Positions 8,105 through 17,066 of a stretch of 64,000 nt of DNA are shown piece by piece (the first letter of the stretch is position 1; the number at the start of each line of letters is the position of its first letter). The stretch comes from Candidatus Woesearchaeota archaeon (GTDB lineage: Archaea > Nanobdellota > Nanobdellia > Pacearchaeales > UBA284): contig CAYNFE010000004.1 of NCBI GenBank assembly GCA_964396475.1, positions 6,519 to 70,518 on the forward strand, read 5' to 3'. The notes under the pieces were generated by a model. It searched no databases. It had not been told where the DNA came from and was given only the letters and a program-made list of their open reading frames with translations. The position numbers and the translations under genes were made by a program.

Positions 8105-9622
8105 ATGTTATTAAAAGTTAAAGCTTTGCATCTACTTGCTGGACGTCCGATAGCTATTCTCCATGAAGAAACTGCTCGCTATCTTAATCTGCATGTAGGA
8201 GAACGTGTAAAAATAAAAAGATATGGGAAAAAGAGAGAGATAGTTGCCCCAGTTAATCTGACAGGAGGAGAAACAATTCTGAAGAGAGATGAGATTGCTT
8301 TATCTCAAGAAATAATTCATGAATTAAGTCTTAAGAGCAGGGAGATAATAGAGATAAGTCCTTCTCTCAAGCCCCTAAGTGTGGAGTATATACATAAAAA
8401 ACTAGACGGTCAGACACTAACATTTACAGAAATATATTCAATAATCTCAGATGTTGTAAACAATAAGTTGACAGAAGCTGAAGTAGCATTTTTTGTCTCT
8501 TCTGTTTATCTTCAAGGAATGAATTTTGATGAAGTAGCTTCTATGACAAAATCTATGGTTAAGACAGGTCATCAAGTCAAGTTTGAAAAACCAATAGTAA
8601 TAGATAAGCATAGCATAGGGGGTGTAGAGGGAAACAGAACAACACCATTAGTAGTGAGCATAATAGCCTCAGCAATTGATCAATTAAAATTAAAAGCAGT
8701 TATGCCCAAGACTAGTAGCAGGGCAATAACAAGCGCAGCAGGAACAGCTGATGTCATAGAGACAATAACAAAAGTTAACTTTTCTATTAAGGATATTAAA
8801 AACATAGTAAAGAAAACTAACGCATGTTTAGTCTGGGGAGGTAGTTTAGGATTAGCTCCTGCAGATGATAAAATTATACAAATAGAAAGAATTCTCTCCC
8901 TAGATCCAGAAGCACAGCTTCTTGCATCCATACTGTCAAAAAAATTATCTGTCAATGCCACCCATGTTCTTATAGACATATCATATGGAAAAGGTGCTAA
9001 AATGAAGAACAGAATAGAGGCTGAGAGATTAAAACATAAATTTGAACAGATAGCTAAAAAAATAAATTTGAATATACTAGTAACTCTTACAAGTGGAAGC
9101 GAGCCAGTTGGGAATGGAATAGGAGCAAATCTAGAAATCAGAGATGTTCTTTCTGTTCTACAACAAGAAGAAAACAGACCAATAGATTTAGAAAATCGTT
9201 CTCTCTTCCTTGCAACAAAACTTCTTTCTTTTGTAACAGGAATGTCAGAAAAAGAAACAAAAATAATAACTAAAGGAATTCTTATTTCAGGTGAAGCTTA
9301 CAAAAAATTTGAAGATATAGTAAAAGCTCAAGGAGGCTCTTTAGCAAATATAGAGAATAAAGTACGTTTAGGAAAATTTAAACAAGATATAAAGTCAAAA
9401 AAAGAAGGAACACTCAAAGAAATAAGTAATAGAAATTTAGCAAGAATAGCAAGACTGGCAGGATCTCCAGCAGACAGAGGTTCAGGAATTTACTTACATA
9501 AACATCTTAATGATAAAATAAAAAGAAACCAGACTCTATTTACAATTTATGCTGAAACAAGGGCAAAATTAAATCATGCAAAAACCATAGCAGAAAGAGT
9601 TTTTCCTATAATTATTGAGTGA
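8105..9622 (+). CDS. deoA: AMP phosphorylase / thymidine phosphorylase family protein (archaeal long form)
   Basis: An N-terminal ~85-aa extension precedes a pyrimidine-nucleoside-phosphorylase core (HSIGGVEGNRTT, TSSRAITSAAGTAD). At 505 aa it matches archaeal AMP phosphorylases. Confidence 0.8.
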   Translation: MLLKVKALHLLAGRPIAILHEETARYLNLHVGERVKIKRYGKKREIVAPVNLTGGETILKRDEIALSQEIIHELSLKSREIIEISPSLKPLSVEYIHKKLDGQTLTFTEIYSIISDVVNNKLTEAEVAFFVSSVYLQGMNFDEVASMTKSMVKTGHQVKFEKPIVIDKHSIGGVEGNRTTPLVVSIIASAIDQLKLKAVMPKTSSRAITSAAGTADVIETITKVNFSIKDIKNIVKKTNACLVWGGSLGLAPADDKIIQIERILSLDPEAQLLASILSKKLSVNATHVLIDISYGKGAKMKNRIEAERLKHKFEQIAKKINLNILVTLTSGSEPVGNGIGANLEIRDVLSVLQQEENRPIDLENRSLFLATKLLSFVTGMSEKETKIITKGILISGEAYKKFEDIVKAQGGSLANIENKVRLGKFKQDIKSKKEGTLKEISNRNLARIARLAGSPADRGSGIYLHKHLNDKIKRNQTLFTIYAETRAKLNHAKTIAERVFPIIIE

Positions 9623-10282
9623 TTATTTTTTTCTAGATATCAAATAACTTAGATCAGAAATTTTACGGTTTGTTCTATAAATGTCTTTTTTCAATCCATC
9701 TACCTTTTCACCTAATTCACCTAATTCTTTCTTTGTCTCTTTGGTTTGAAAATCTGGATTTCTACCATAATTTTTTATTTCTTCATCATTCTCTAATATA
9801 TCACTTAAGAAAACAATCATAACATCTTTAACTGCTTCTTTTGCTTTTCCGTTCAAAAACTTATTACCAGGGTATTTATCATCAATTCTTTCTATTAAAT
9901 CTGCAAAATCTTTATGAAATCCATTGTTTTCTCTATCAATCAAATCCTTTTTAAATTCAGAAAGATCTCCTGGAACATATAAATTATTTCCTTTTAGATA
10001 AAATCTTTTAGAAAATAAATCATCCTTGGTATTCAAACTCATATAATCTCCACCCCCATCTTCTGGACCTATTTTCTCTAGTAAAAAAGGATATACTTCC
10101 GAAAAAGAGCCATACTCAGCACCAAAACCTAATGATAAATTAGGAGATCTAGCAGTTCCATGAAAGCAAAAAATATCTCTATCAAAAGAATAATCAATAC
10201 CATGACCATTTAAAATTCCTTTAATAAGATTTGTCCATCTAAATGCTTCTTTCTCCCAATCTAATTTTTTGCTCTTTACCAT
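9623..10282 (-). CDS. Hypothetical protein (219 aa)
   Basis: Long ORF with normal composition; no recognisable motif. Confidence 0.5.
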   Translation of the reverse strand: MVKSKKLDWEKEAFRWTNLIKGILNGHGIDYSFDRDIFCFHGTARSPNLSLGFGAEYGSFSEVYPFLLEKIGPEDGGGDYMSLNTKDDLFSKRFYLKGNNLYVPGDLSEFKKDLIDRENNGFHKDFADLIERIDDKYPGNKFLNGKAKEAVKDVMIVFLSDILENDEEIKNYGRNPDFQTKETKKELGELGEKVDGLKKDIYRTNRKISDLSYLISRKK

Positions 10283-10428
10283 TCTTATTAGTATATTTTT
10301 TTATTTAAAAAACTTTCTATTTTAATCACTTTAAAATAACTACAATTAGAAAGCTTTGATAAGTTAATTTTAGAAGATTTCCTAAAGCTCTTCTAACCAA
10401 GCTTTTTTTCTTTTAAACTTAATGCTAA

Positions 10429-10959
10429 CTATTTCGATGACTTACTCCTCTTAATAATATCCGTTGCTATTTTTTGAAGAGGGTGGTTTGCATCTATTAC
10501 TATTGCTCCTTTTTCACGCATATGGTCTTCCCACCATTTCTTCCAACTAAATATCCATCTTTGAACTTCTGATGTGCGACCAAAATCATTTGATGTGCGT
10601 TTACTAAGTCTTTTACGAAGTACTTTTTGGCTGATTTTCAATAAAAATATTTTGTCAAATAGGGGAAGTAAATCATCAAGATTCGATGCGGTTCCGCAAT
10701 AAAATACAATTCCTTTGGAATTTTTGAGCATAAGCTGTTGTAATTTCTTTTTATTGCATATCCAATCTGCTTGCTTAACTGACTCAAGATTATAATTATC
10801 ATAATTCTTAGCGGGTTTACCAGTTTTCTTATCAACCATTTTAAATAAACCAGCAATACCTTCAATGTCATAGGCTTTATAGCCAAGCTTTTTTAATTCT
10901 TTACATACAGCTGATTTTCCAGAACCAGCTACACCTGTAATAAGTATTGATTTATTCAT
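10429..10959 (-). CDS. P-loop NTPase / nucleoside-nucleotide kinase-like protein
   Basis: N-terminal Walker A ILITGVAGSGKSAV; size (176 aa) and layout resemble adenylate/shikimate-kinase-like AAA_33 proteins. Confidence 0.65.
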   Translation of the reverse strand: MNKSILITGVAGSGKSAVCKELKKLGYKAYDIEGIAGLFKMVDKKTGKPAKNYDNYNLESVKQADWICNKKKLQQLMLKNSKGIVFYCGTASNLDDLLPLFDKIFLLKISQKVLRKRLSKRTSNDFGRTSEVQRWIFSWKKWWEDHMREKGAIVIDANHPLQKIATDIIKRSKSSK

Positions 10960-11068
10960 GTGATTATCAGAAAGAAAGCTGATACTTAAATGTTTTTTAG
11001 CAACATGCTCGTTAGTATAATTAAGAGAATAACCAAGCTTTTTTAAATTTGAATTCTTATGAAATTAT

Positions 11069-11641
11069 ATGATAAAAGAAATTGATTATAAAGTCAGGAA
11101 ATATTCTAAATTACCTAAGAAATTTAAAACCCAAGTAGAAAAAATTTGTCATGAATGTTTTTATGCTAGAATGCCTAAAAGAGAAGTAAAAGAAAATAAA
11201 GACAAATATTGCAGTAAAGGTTATGCACACATCTTAGCGCTAGAAAATGATTCAGTTATATCAACACAGGAGCTTTTTAAAAGAAGTATTAAGTATAAAG
11301 GGAAAAAAATTATTCTTGGAGGACTGGGAGGTTTGTGCACTATCAAAAAAAGAAGAAAGAGAGGGATTGCAACAGTTTTATTAAAGAAAGGAATGGAAGA
11401 TTTGAGAAAGGAAAAATGTGAAGTGGCTTTTCTTTGCACAAATATTAAAGATCCTAAATTAGTGAGATTATATAAGAGATTTGGATTTGTAATCATGAAA
11501 CAACCTTATACCTTTATTGGAAAATCAGGTAAAAGATATATTGAAAAAAATGGTATGATTGCTCCTCTCAGATCCAAAACTAAATTCAATTTAATTTTAA
11601 AAAGTAAAAAAATACTTGATATTGGTTTTGGTGGTTTGTAA
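11069..11641 (+). CDS. GNAT family N-acetyltransferase
   Basis: Acetyl-CoA binding motif RRKRGIATVLLKKGME and the C-terminal LYKRFGF pattern. Confidence 0.65.
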   Translation: MIKEIDYKVRKYSKLPKKFKTQVEKICHECFYARMPKREVKENKDKYCSKGYAHILALENDSVISTQELFKRSIKYKGKKIILGGLGGLCTIKKRRKRGIATVLLKKGMEDLRKEKCEVAFLCTNIKDPKLVRLYKRFGFVIMKQPYTFIGKSGKRYIEKNGMIAPLRSKTKFNLILKSKKILDIGFGGL

Positions 11642-11678
11642 AGAATAATTTTTTAAGCCAGTTTTTCTTCTTACAGGG

Positions 11679-12698
11679 ATGAAAAAGAGGATAAAAGAAC
11701 CTCCTTATCCTAAGGTTATAGATGTCAGGAATTTATGGAGGGATTTTAAGGAACGAAAGAGAAAAGCAGGTTTTGGTGCAGCTTTAGGTGCACTTTTTTC
11801 TCGTAAATATGAGACTAAACATGCTCTAAAAAATATCTCTCTTGATGTATATAAGGGAGAAATTATTGGTTTGATAGGTCCTAATGGTGCAGGTAAGAGT
11901 ACATTAATAAAAATACTTACTGGAGTGTTATATCCCTCAAAGGGTTTTGTAAAAGTTCTTAATTTTGTGCCTTGGAAAGATCGTACAAAATATGTTCATG
12001 ATATTGGGGTAGTCTTTGGGCAAAAAACACAATTGTGGTGGGATATTCCGGCTGCAGATACTTACGAATTACATCGTGATTTATATGATGTTCCAAGAAA
12101 AGAATTTGATGATAGACTTAATAATATGATTAAGATGCTAGAAGTTGAAGAAGTTATTAAAAAACCTGTTAGACAGCTCTCCCTTGGAGAAAGAATGAGA
12201 TGTGAATTGATTTTGTGTTTGTTGCATAATCCAAAAATAGTGTTTCTTGATGAGCCTACCATAGGTCTTGATATTATTGCTAAAGATAAGATAAGATATT
12301 TTATTAAGGACTTTAATAAAAGATATAAAACAACATTTATAGTCACAACCCATGATATGTCTGATATTGAAAGACTCTGTAAAAGAATAATCATTATCAA
12401 TAGAGGTTTGATTATTTATGATGGTTTAATTAATGATATTAGAAAGAAATTTGCGAATAGAAAAATAATAGATTGTAAGTTTTCAGAACCCCTTCTTGCC
12501 AGAGAGTTCAATTTTTCTGGTTGTACAATATTAAGAAGAAGAAAATACCAGTTAGTTCTAGAACTTGATTTGAGCAAAGCAAGAATACGTGATTTGATCA
12601 ATTATTTAATGACTAAGTATGGGGCTGATATTGCAGATATAGATATCAAAGAACCTCCGATTGAAGAAATAATTAAGCTGATTTATAAAAAGAAATAA
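11679..12698 (+). CDS. ABC transporter ATP-binding protein (ABC-2 type system)
   Basis: Walker A GPNGAGKST, signature LSLGERMR, Walker B VFLDEPT, H-loop TTHD. Confidence 0.9.
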   Translation: MKKRIKEPPYPKVIDVRNLWRDFKERKRKAGFGAALGALFSRKYETKHALKNISLDVYKGEIIGLIGPNGAGKSTLIKILTGVLYPSKGFVKVLNFVPWKDRTKYVHDIGVVFGQKTQLWWDIPAADTYELHRDLYDVPRKEFDDRLNNMIKMLEVEEVIKKPVRQLSLGERMRCELILCLLHNPKIVFLDEPTIGLDIIAKDKIRYFIKDFNKRYKTTFIVTTHDMSDIERLCKRIIIINRGLIIYDGLINDIRKKFANRKIIDCKFSEPLLAREFNFSGCTILRRRKYQLVLELDLSKARIRDLINYLMTKYGADIADIDIKEPPIEEIIKLIYKKK

Positions 12699-12707
12699 GA
12701 GGAAAAA

Positions 12708-13508
12708 ATGAGTATATTTTCTAAAATTTCCGGTATTTTGAAAACAGAATTCAAGATGATGACAGTTTATCGTTTTGAAATGGCTATCACCCTTATTGTG
12801 GGTCCTCTCTCTATATTGGTATTTTATTTCTTATGGCAAGCAATTTATGCTAATACAGGGGTTGATATAATAAGGGGATTCACATTTCATCAATTAGTGA
12901 CCTATTATATTGTAAGCTGGTTTGTGGGTATATTGAGTTATACACATATTGAAGATAGTCTAAGGCATGAAGTTAGACATGGAAGAATAATAAGAGATCT
13001 AGTAAAGCCAATAAATTACATATGGCTTCATTTTTTTACCACTATTGGTCATCGTTTATATGCTGTTATTATAGAGGTTATTCCTTTATTTATTATAGCT
13101 TTTGTTTTTTTTGCTGTTAAAGTTAATTTATCTTATCTTCCTCTTTTCATTCTCTCTGTGCTATTTGCTGCAATACTTACATATTTGATATCAGCAATTG
13201 TAGGCATGTCAGCATTTTGGCTTATACATAATAGAGGTATAATAAAAATAAAAAGAATCCTGTTGTATTTTATCTCTGGAGCAGTTTTACCTCTAACATT
13301 TTTCCCACAATGGTTCCAGAATCTTTCATTTTACATGCCATTTCAATATCTCACATTTGTTCCTATTAATATCTGGCTTGCTAAATATACTATCCCTCAA
13401 GCATTTCAATTTCTAGGAATTCAAATAGGATGGATTTTGATTTTTTACTTACTTTGTATATTTGTTTGGAAATCAGCAATAAAAAAAGTCACAGCAGTAG
13501 GAGTTTAA
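12708..13508 (+). CDS. ABC-2 family transporter permease
   Basis: Six-helix membrane protein immediately downstream of the ABC ATPase (9-nt gap). Confidence 0.7.
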   Translation: MSIFSKISGILKTEFKMMTVYRFEMAITLIVGPLSILVFYFLWQAIYANTGVDIIRGFTFHQLVTYYIVSWFVGILSYTHIEDSLRHEVRHGRIIRDLVKPINYIWLHFFTTIGHRLYAVIIEVIPLFIIAFVFFAVKVNLSYLPLFILSVLFAAILTYLISAIVGMSAFWLIHNRGIIKIKRILLYFISGAVLPLTFFPQWFQNLSFYMPFQYLTFVPINIWLAKYTIPQAFQFLGIQIGWILIFYLLCIFVWKSAIKKVTAVGV

Positions 13509-13509
13509 T

Positions 13510-14298
13510 ATGTTAGTAGGAAAATTTTTTAGGATATGGAAGAAAACAATCATCTTAGTATTTGAGATGTCAATGACTTATAAAGTTGGATTTTTTATCC
13601 TTTTACTCTCATTATTTCTAGGAGATCTTATTATTCCGATAGTAAGTGTAATCATATATGCTATTAGTGAAGGAATTCCTAACTGGACATTAGCTGAATT
13701 TATTCTTTTTCAAGGCACCCTAATTCTTGTTATGGGTATATGGCATACTTTATTTGCTTCTCTACTTGGAGAAACAATATCCTTAGTTCAAGAAGGAACT
13801 TTTGATAAAATATTATTAAGGCCTTTTTCAAGTTTAGGATTTTTGACTGCAAATAGTTTTGAGTTTGATGGTCTTGCAGAAGTGGCCGCAGGTTTATTTA
13901 TTATAGGCTGGGCCCTTATTCAGTTAGAACTTTTCAGTTTTATGTTATTACCTTATTTTTTGATAATTATTTTGGCAGTTTTATTTGAATATGCTCTTAC
14001 TATTATAGCTTCTTCCTTAGCATTTGTATTTACAAAAACTTGGCGTCTCTTTGAATTAATAACTATAGTTGAAAAATTTTCACGATATCCTCTTGATATA
14101 TACACAGTAAGCATGAAATTTTTACTTACATTTATGGTTCCTGCAGCAATAGCTTCTTATTATCCTGCTTCAATACTTTTAGGTAAACAACCTCTTCTTA
14201 CAGTAGCATGGATAACTATCCCAGTAGTAATATTTTTCATTTTTTCATTATGGTTATGGAATTTTTTATTAAAACGCTACACTTCAGCAGGTGGTTAA
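13510..14298 (+). CDS. ABC-2 family transporter permease (second subunit)
   Basis: Polytopic membrane protein starting 2 nt after the previous permease, giving an ATPase + two-permease operon layout. Confidence 0.7.
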   Translation: MLVGKFFRIWKKTIILVFEMSMTYKVGFFILLLSLFLGDLIIPIVSVIIYAISEGIPNWTLAEFILFQGTLILVMGIWHTLFASLLGETISLVQEGTFDKILLRPFSSLGFLTANSFEFDGLAEVAAGLFIIGWALIQLELFSFMLLPYFLIIILAVLFEYALTIIASSLAFVFTKTWRLFELITIVEKFSRYPLDIYTVSMKFLLTFMVPAAIASYYPASILLGKQPLLTVAWITIPVVIFFIFSLWLWNFLLKRYTSAGG

Positions 14299-14563
14299 GC
14301 ATTAAATATATTTTATATATGGAAAAAATATATAAATAATAAACCCCTTAAATAAACCAGAGAATGAGAATAAGGAAAGGAAATAACGAGACAGAAGATA
14401 AAAAACAGACAAAGAAAGACAAAGAATTAGAGGAACAAGAAGAACTAGCGAAAGAAAAAGATAAGATATTTTTTGATTTCTATACTCCGTAGCCAAAAGC
14501 CTTGAAATAGGCAATATTTTAAAAATCTATTTTGTTTATTTATTCTATAGAAAAGAGGTAAGA

Positions 14564-15019
14564 ATGAAAATTCGCAAAGCAATATTTAAAGATATCAAAA
14601 GAATAAATGAAATACTTTTAGAAGGTTCTATACAAGAGCATACTTTTCAAAATCCTGGGAATAAAAAGAAAATAAAGGAAAATGTTACTGAGGATTTTAA
14701 CCATCACAAAAAAGCAATAAAAAAGAAAATACAAGACAAAAAACAATGTTGGATTGTTTTGGAAGAAAAGGGAGTGGTAGTCGGTTTTGGTTCTACACAT
14801 ATTAAGGGAAACCAGGGATTTATTGAAAGTGTTTATATTACTAAAGAAGCTCAAAGAAAAGGTTATGGTAAAAAAATCCTAAAATATCTAGTTAATTGGC
14901 TAAAATCAAAAAAAGTTAAACATATTGAGTCATATTTACTTGTAAAAAATATTCCTTCTCTTAAATTGCATGAAAAGTTAGGGTTTAAACCATATTTATT
15001 CAAGATGAGGTTGAAATGA
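14564..15019 (+). CDS. GNAT family N-acetyltransferase
   Basis: QRKGYGKKILKYLV acetyl-CoA motif and LHEKLGFKP tail; SD-like AAGAGG upstream of the ATG. Confidence 0.75.
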   Translation: MKIRKAIFKDIKRINEILLEGSIQEHTFQNPGNKKKIKENVTEDFNHHKKAIKKKIQDKKQCWIVLEEKGVVVGFGSTHIKGNQGFIESVYITKEAQRKGYGKKILKYLVNWLKSKKVKHIESYLLVKNIPSLKLHEKLGFKPYLFKMRLK

Positions 15020-15786
15020 AAAAAGTAGTTATCATCTTTGGCTTTCCTAAAAATATTGTTGAAAAAAGACTGAAATTCTATACTCAATTTTCTAATAAAT
15101 TCAAAACAAAAGTAATTAAAATAAATGATTTAAATTTTAAAAGTAAAATAGATAACATAAAGATTGATTTTTTATATGCTTTTTGTCCTAAAAGAGATAG
15201 TGCCTATCTAGATAGTAAAAAATATATTAAAAAAAATTATAGGGAAAAAGTACCATTACCAGCAAAAGAAGTCTGTAAAAAAATAAAGAATGCAGATTTT
15301 GTTTTATTCTTTGGGATTTGTGGAGGATTAAAACAAAAGATTAAGATTGGAGATATTTTTTTACCAAATACTTTTTATGAACTTAATATAAAAGGAATTC
15401 AAGTTAGCGAGAAAGAAGCTAAAACCTTGATTCCAAAAAACAAAATAATTTATCAAAATGAGCTAATAGGAAAATTAAAAGGAAGGAGAGCTGAATGTTT
15501 AACCATTAATTTATCAACTTGGGAAGGTAATTTTAAGAACCCAGAAATGAAACCAATGTTTGAAAAACGCTTAGCTAAAAAAATAGATATAGTAGAAAAA
15601 GAAACATACCAAATTGTAAAAAATTTAAAAAATAAATTTCCTTTAGGAATTGTGTTGATATGTTCAGATGCTCCAAAAGAGCCTTGGAATGAAAAATTTC
15701 CATGGAAAAATAAAGCCAACAAAATTTATTTAAAAGTTATTCAACAAATTATAGAAAGAGGAAAAAATGAAAAAATTAACAATTGA
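15016..15786 (+). CDS. Hypothetical protein, possibly of the nucleoside phosphorylase/nucleosidase (PNP_UDP_1-like) fold
   Basis: Segments VVIIFGFP, FFGICGGL...IGDIFLP and DIVEKETYQIV resemble the IIGAM / GxAGGL / xEMEg motifs of MTA/SAH nucleosidase-type phosphorylases. The start overlaps the upstream stop (ATGA). Confidence 0.35.
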   Translation: MKKVVIIFGFPKNIVEKRLKFYTQFSNKFKTKVIKINDLNFKSKIDNIKIDFLYAFCPKRDSAYLDSKKYIKKNYREKVPLPAKEVCKKIKNADFVLFFGICGGLKQKIKIGDIFLPNTFYELNIKGIQVSEKEAKTLIPKNKIIYQNELIGKLKGRRAECLTINLSTWEGNFKNPEMKPMFEKRLAKKIDIVEKETYQIVKNLKNKFPLGIVLICSDAPKEPWNEKFPWKNKANKIYLKVIQQIIERGKNEKINN

Positions 15787-16321
15787 AATGAAAAAAATAG
15801 AATCTCTTTCAAAAAAAGAGATAGATTTCATGAATAAGCAGAGAAAAAGAGAATATGGCAGTAAAGAAATTATAGATTTTAAAAAAACAGATAAAAAAGC
15901 AGTTTTCTTTTTACTTAAAGACGATAACAAAATAATGGCTTTTGGGATGTTAAAGCTAGTAACTATTGAATATCAAAATAAGAGATATCATATTCTTGGT
16001 ATGGGTAGAGGAATGGCTGTAAAGAAAGGAATGGAATATGGAAGGATATTAAACGCTGCAAGAATATATTACATTAAGAAAAAGGACAAAACTTCTCTTG
16101 CCTTTACAGCAAGGAAAAATTTGGGTTTTTTTGAAAAAGCAGGATTTAAGACTGCCAAAGATTTAGCATTAAGATTTAGATATAAATATGCAACTCCAGA
16201 ATATGAAAAAAAAGAATTAGAAGAGGGGGGAGATGGAATTTATTATGAAGGTAAAGACAAGCTCATAAGCAAAATGTTAAATACTAAATCTCTTGCATAT
16301 ACAAATGTGCCTTTTTGGTAA
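15767..16321 (+). CDS. GNAT-like acetyltransferase domain protein
   Basis: KGMEYGRILNAA and FFEKAGFK segments resemble GNAT motifs A/B; AAGAGG lies 5 nt upstream of the ATG. Confidence 0.5.
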   Translation: MKKLTIEMKKIESLSKKEIDFMNKQRKREYGSKEIIDFKKTDKKAVFFLLKDDNKIMAFGMLKLVTIEYQNKRYHILGMGRGMAVKKGMEYGRILNAARIYYIKKKDKTSLAFTARKNLGFFEKAGFKTAKDLALRFRYKYATPEYEKKELEEGGDGIYYEGKDKLISKMLNTKSLAYTNVPFW

Positions 16322-16325
16322 AAAA

Positions 16326-17066
16326 ATGACAGAAAAAGCAATAAAAAAATGGTGGGAAGCACAGGCGAAAGATTTTCAAAAGAAATTTGGAGCTATTGTA
16401 GATGTTAATTATGGTCCTGGAGCTCCAAATGAAAGAAGATTGAAATTATTAGGAAATATTAAAGGAAAAGAAATTTTAGAAATAGGATGCGGTGGGGGAC
16501 AATGTACAGTTTACTTTGCCAAAAAAGGAGCTAAAGTTACAGGTGTAGATTTATCTGAAGAACAATTGAAATTCGCTAAGAAATTAGCTGATAAACATAA
16601 AGTTGATATTAAATTTATACAGGGAAGTTTTCAAAATTTAAGTAAATTTAAATCTAATAGCAAAGATATTGTATTTTCTGCTTATGCTTTACAATATTCT
16701 CCTGATTTATTGGAAGTATTCAAACAAGTTAAGAGAATTCTGAAGAAAAACGGCTTGTTTGTGTTTAGTTTTGATCATCCTATCTGGAAAATGATTAATT
16801 ATAAGACTCTAAAAGTAGAGAAGAGCTATTTTAAAATCGGAAGATATGAGGAAAAATTTTCTAGCGGAACTTTTGTAGGTTATTCTCACACTATTGAAGA
16901 CACCTATGACAAACTTGTAAAAGCAAATCTGTTTGTAGAAAGAATTATAGAACCTGATTCAAGAAAAAGATATCCTGGGGATACACTATATAATGTTTGG
17001 GATTATAAAGCTAAAACTTTGAAAATGGTTCCTCCAACAATCATCTTTAAATGCAGAAAAAAATGA
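16326..17066 (+). CDS. Class I SAM-dependent methyltransferase
   Basis: Motif I ILEIGCGGGQCTVYFAKKGAKVTGVDLS. The start is moved to the ATG at 16326 (MTEKAIKKWW) because the track start overlaps the upstream gene. Confidence 0.85.
   Translation: MTEKAIKKWWEAQAKDFQKKFGAIVDVNYGPGAPNERRLKLLGNIKGKEILEIGCGGGQCTVYFAKKGAKVTGVDLSEEQLKFAKKLADKHKVDIKFIQGSFQNLSKFKSNSKDIVFSAYALQYSPDLLEVFKQVKRILKKNGLFVFSFDHPIWKMINYKTLKVEKSYFKIGRYEEKFSSGTFVGYSHTIEDTYDKLVKANLFVERIIEPDSRKRYPGDTLYNVWDYKAKTLKMVPPTIIFKCRKK

Noticed and set aside
14302-14514. 70-aa minus-strand ORF in the 265-nt gap after the ABC-2 permease
   Set aside because: The plus strand here is a purine-rich low-complexity stretch, and the ORF is its pyrimidine-rich (F/L/S) complement with no SD-like motif. 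I could not find convincing RNA secondary structure either, so the gap is left unannotated.
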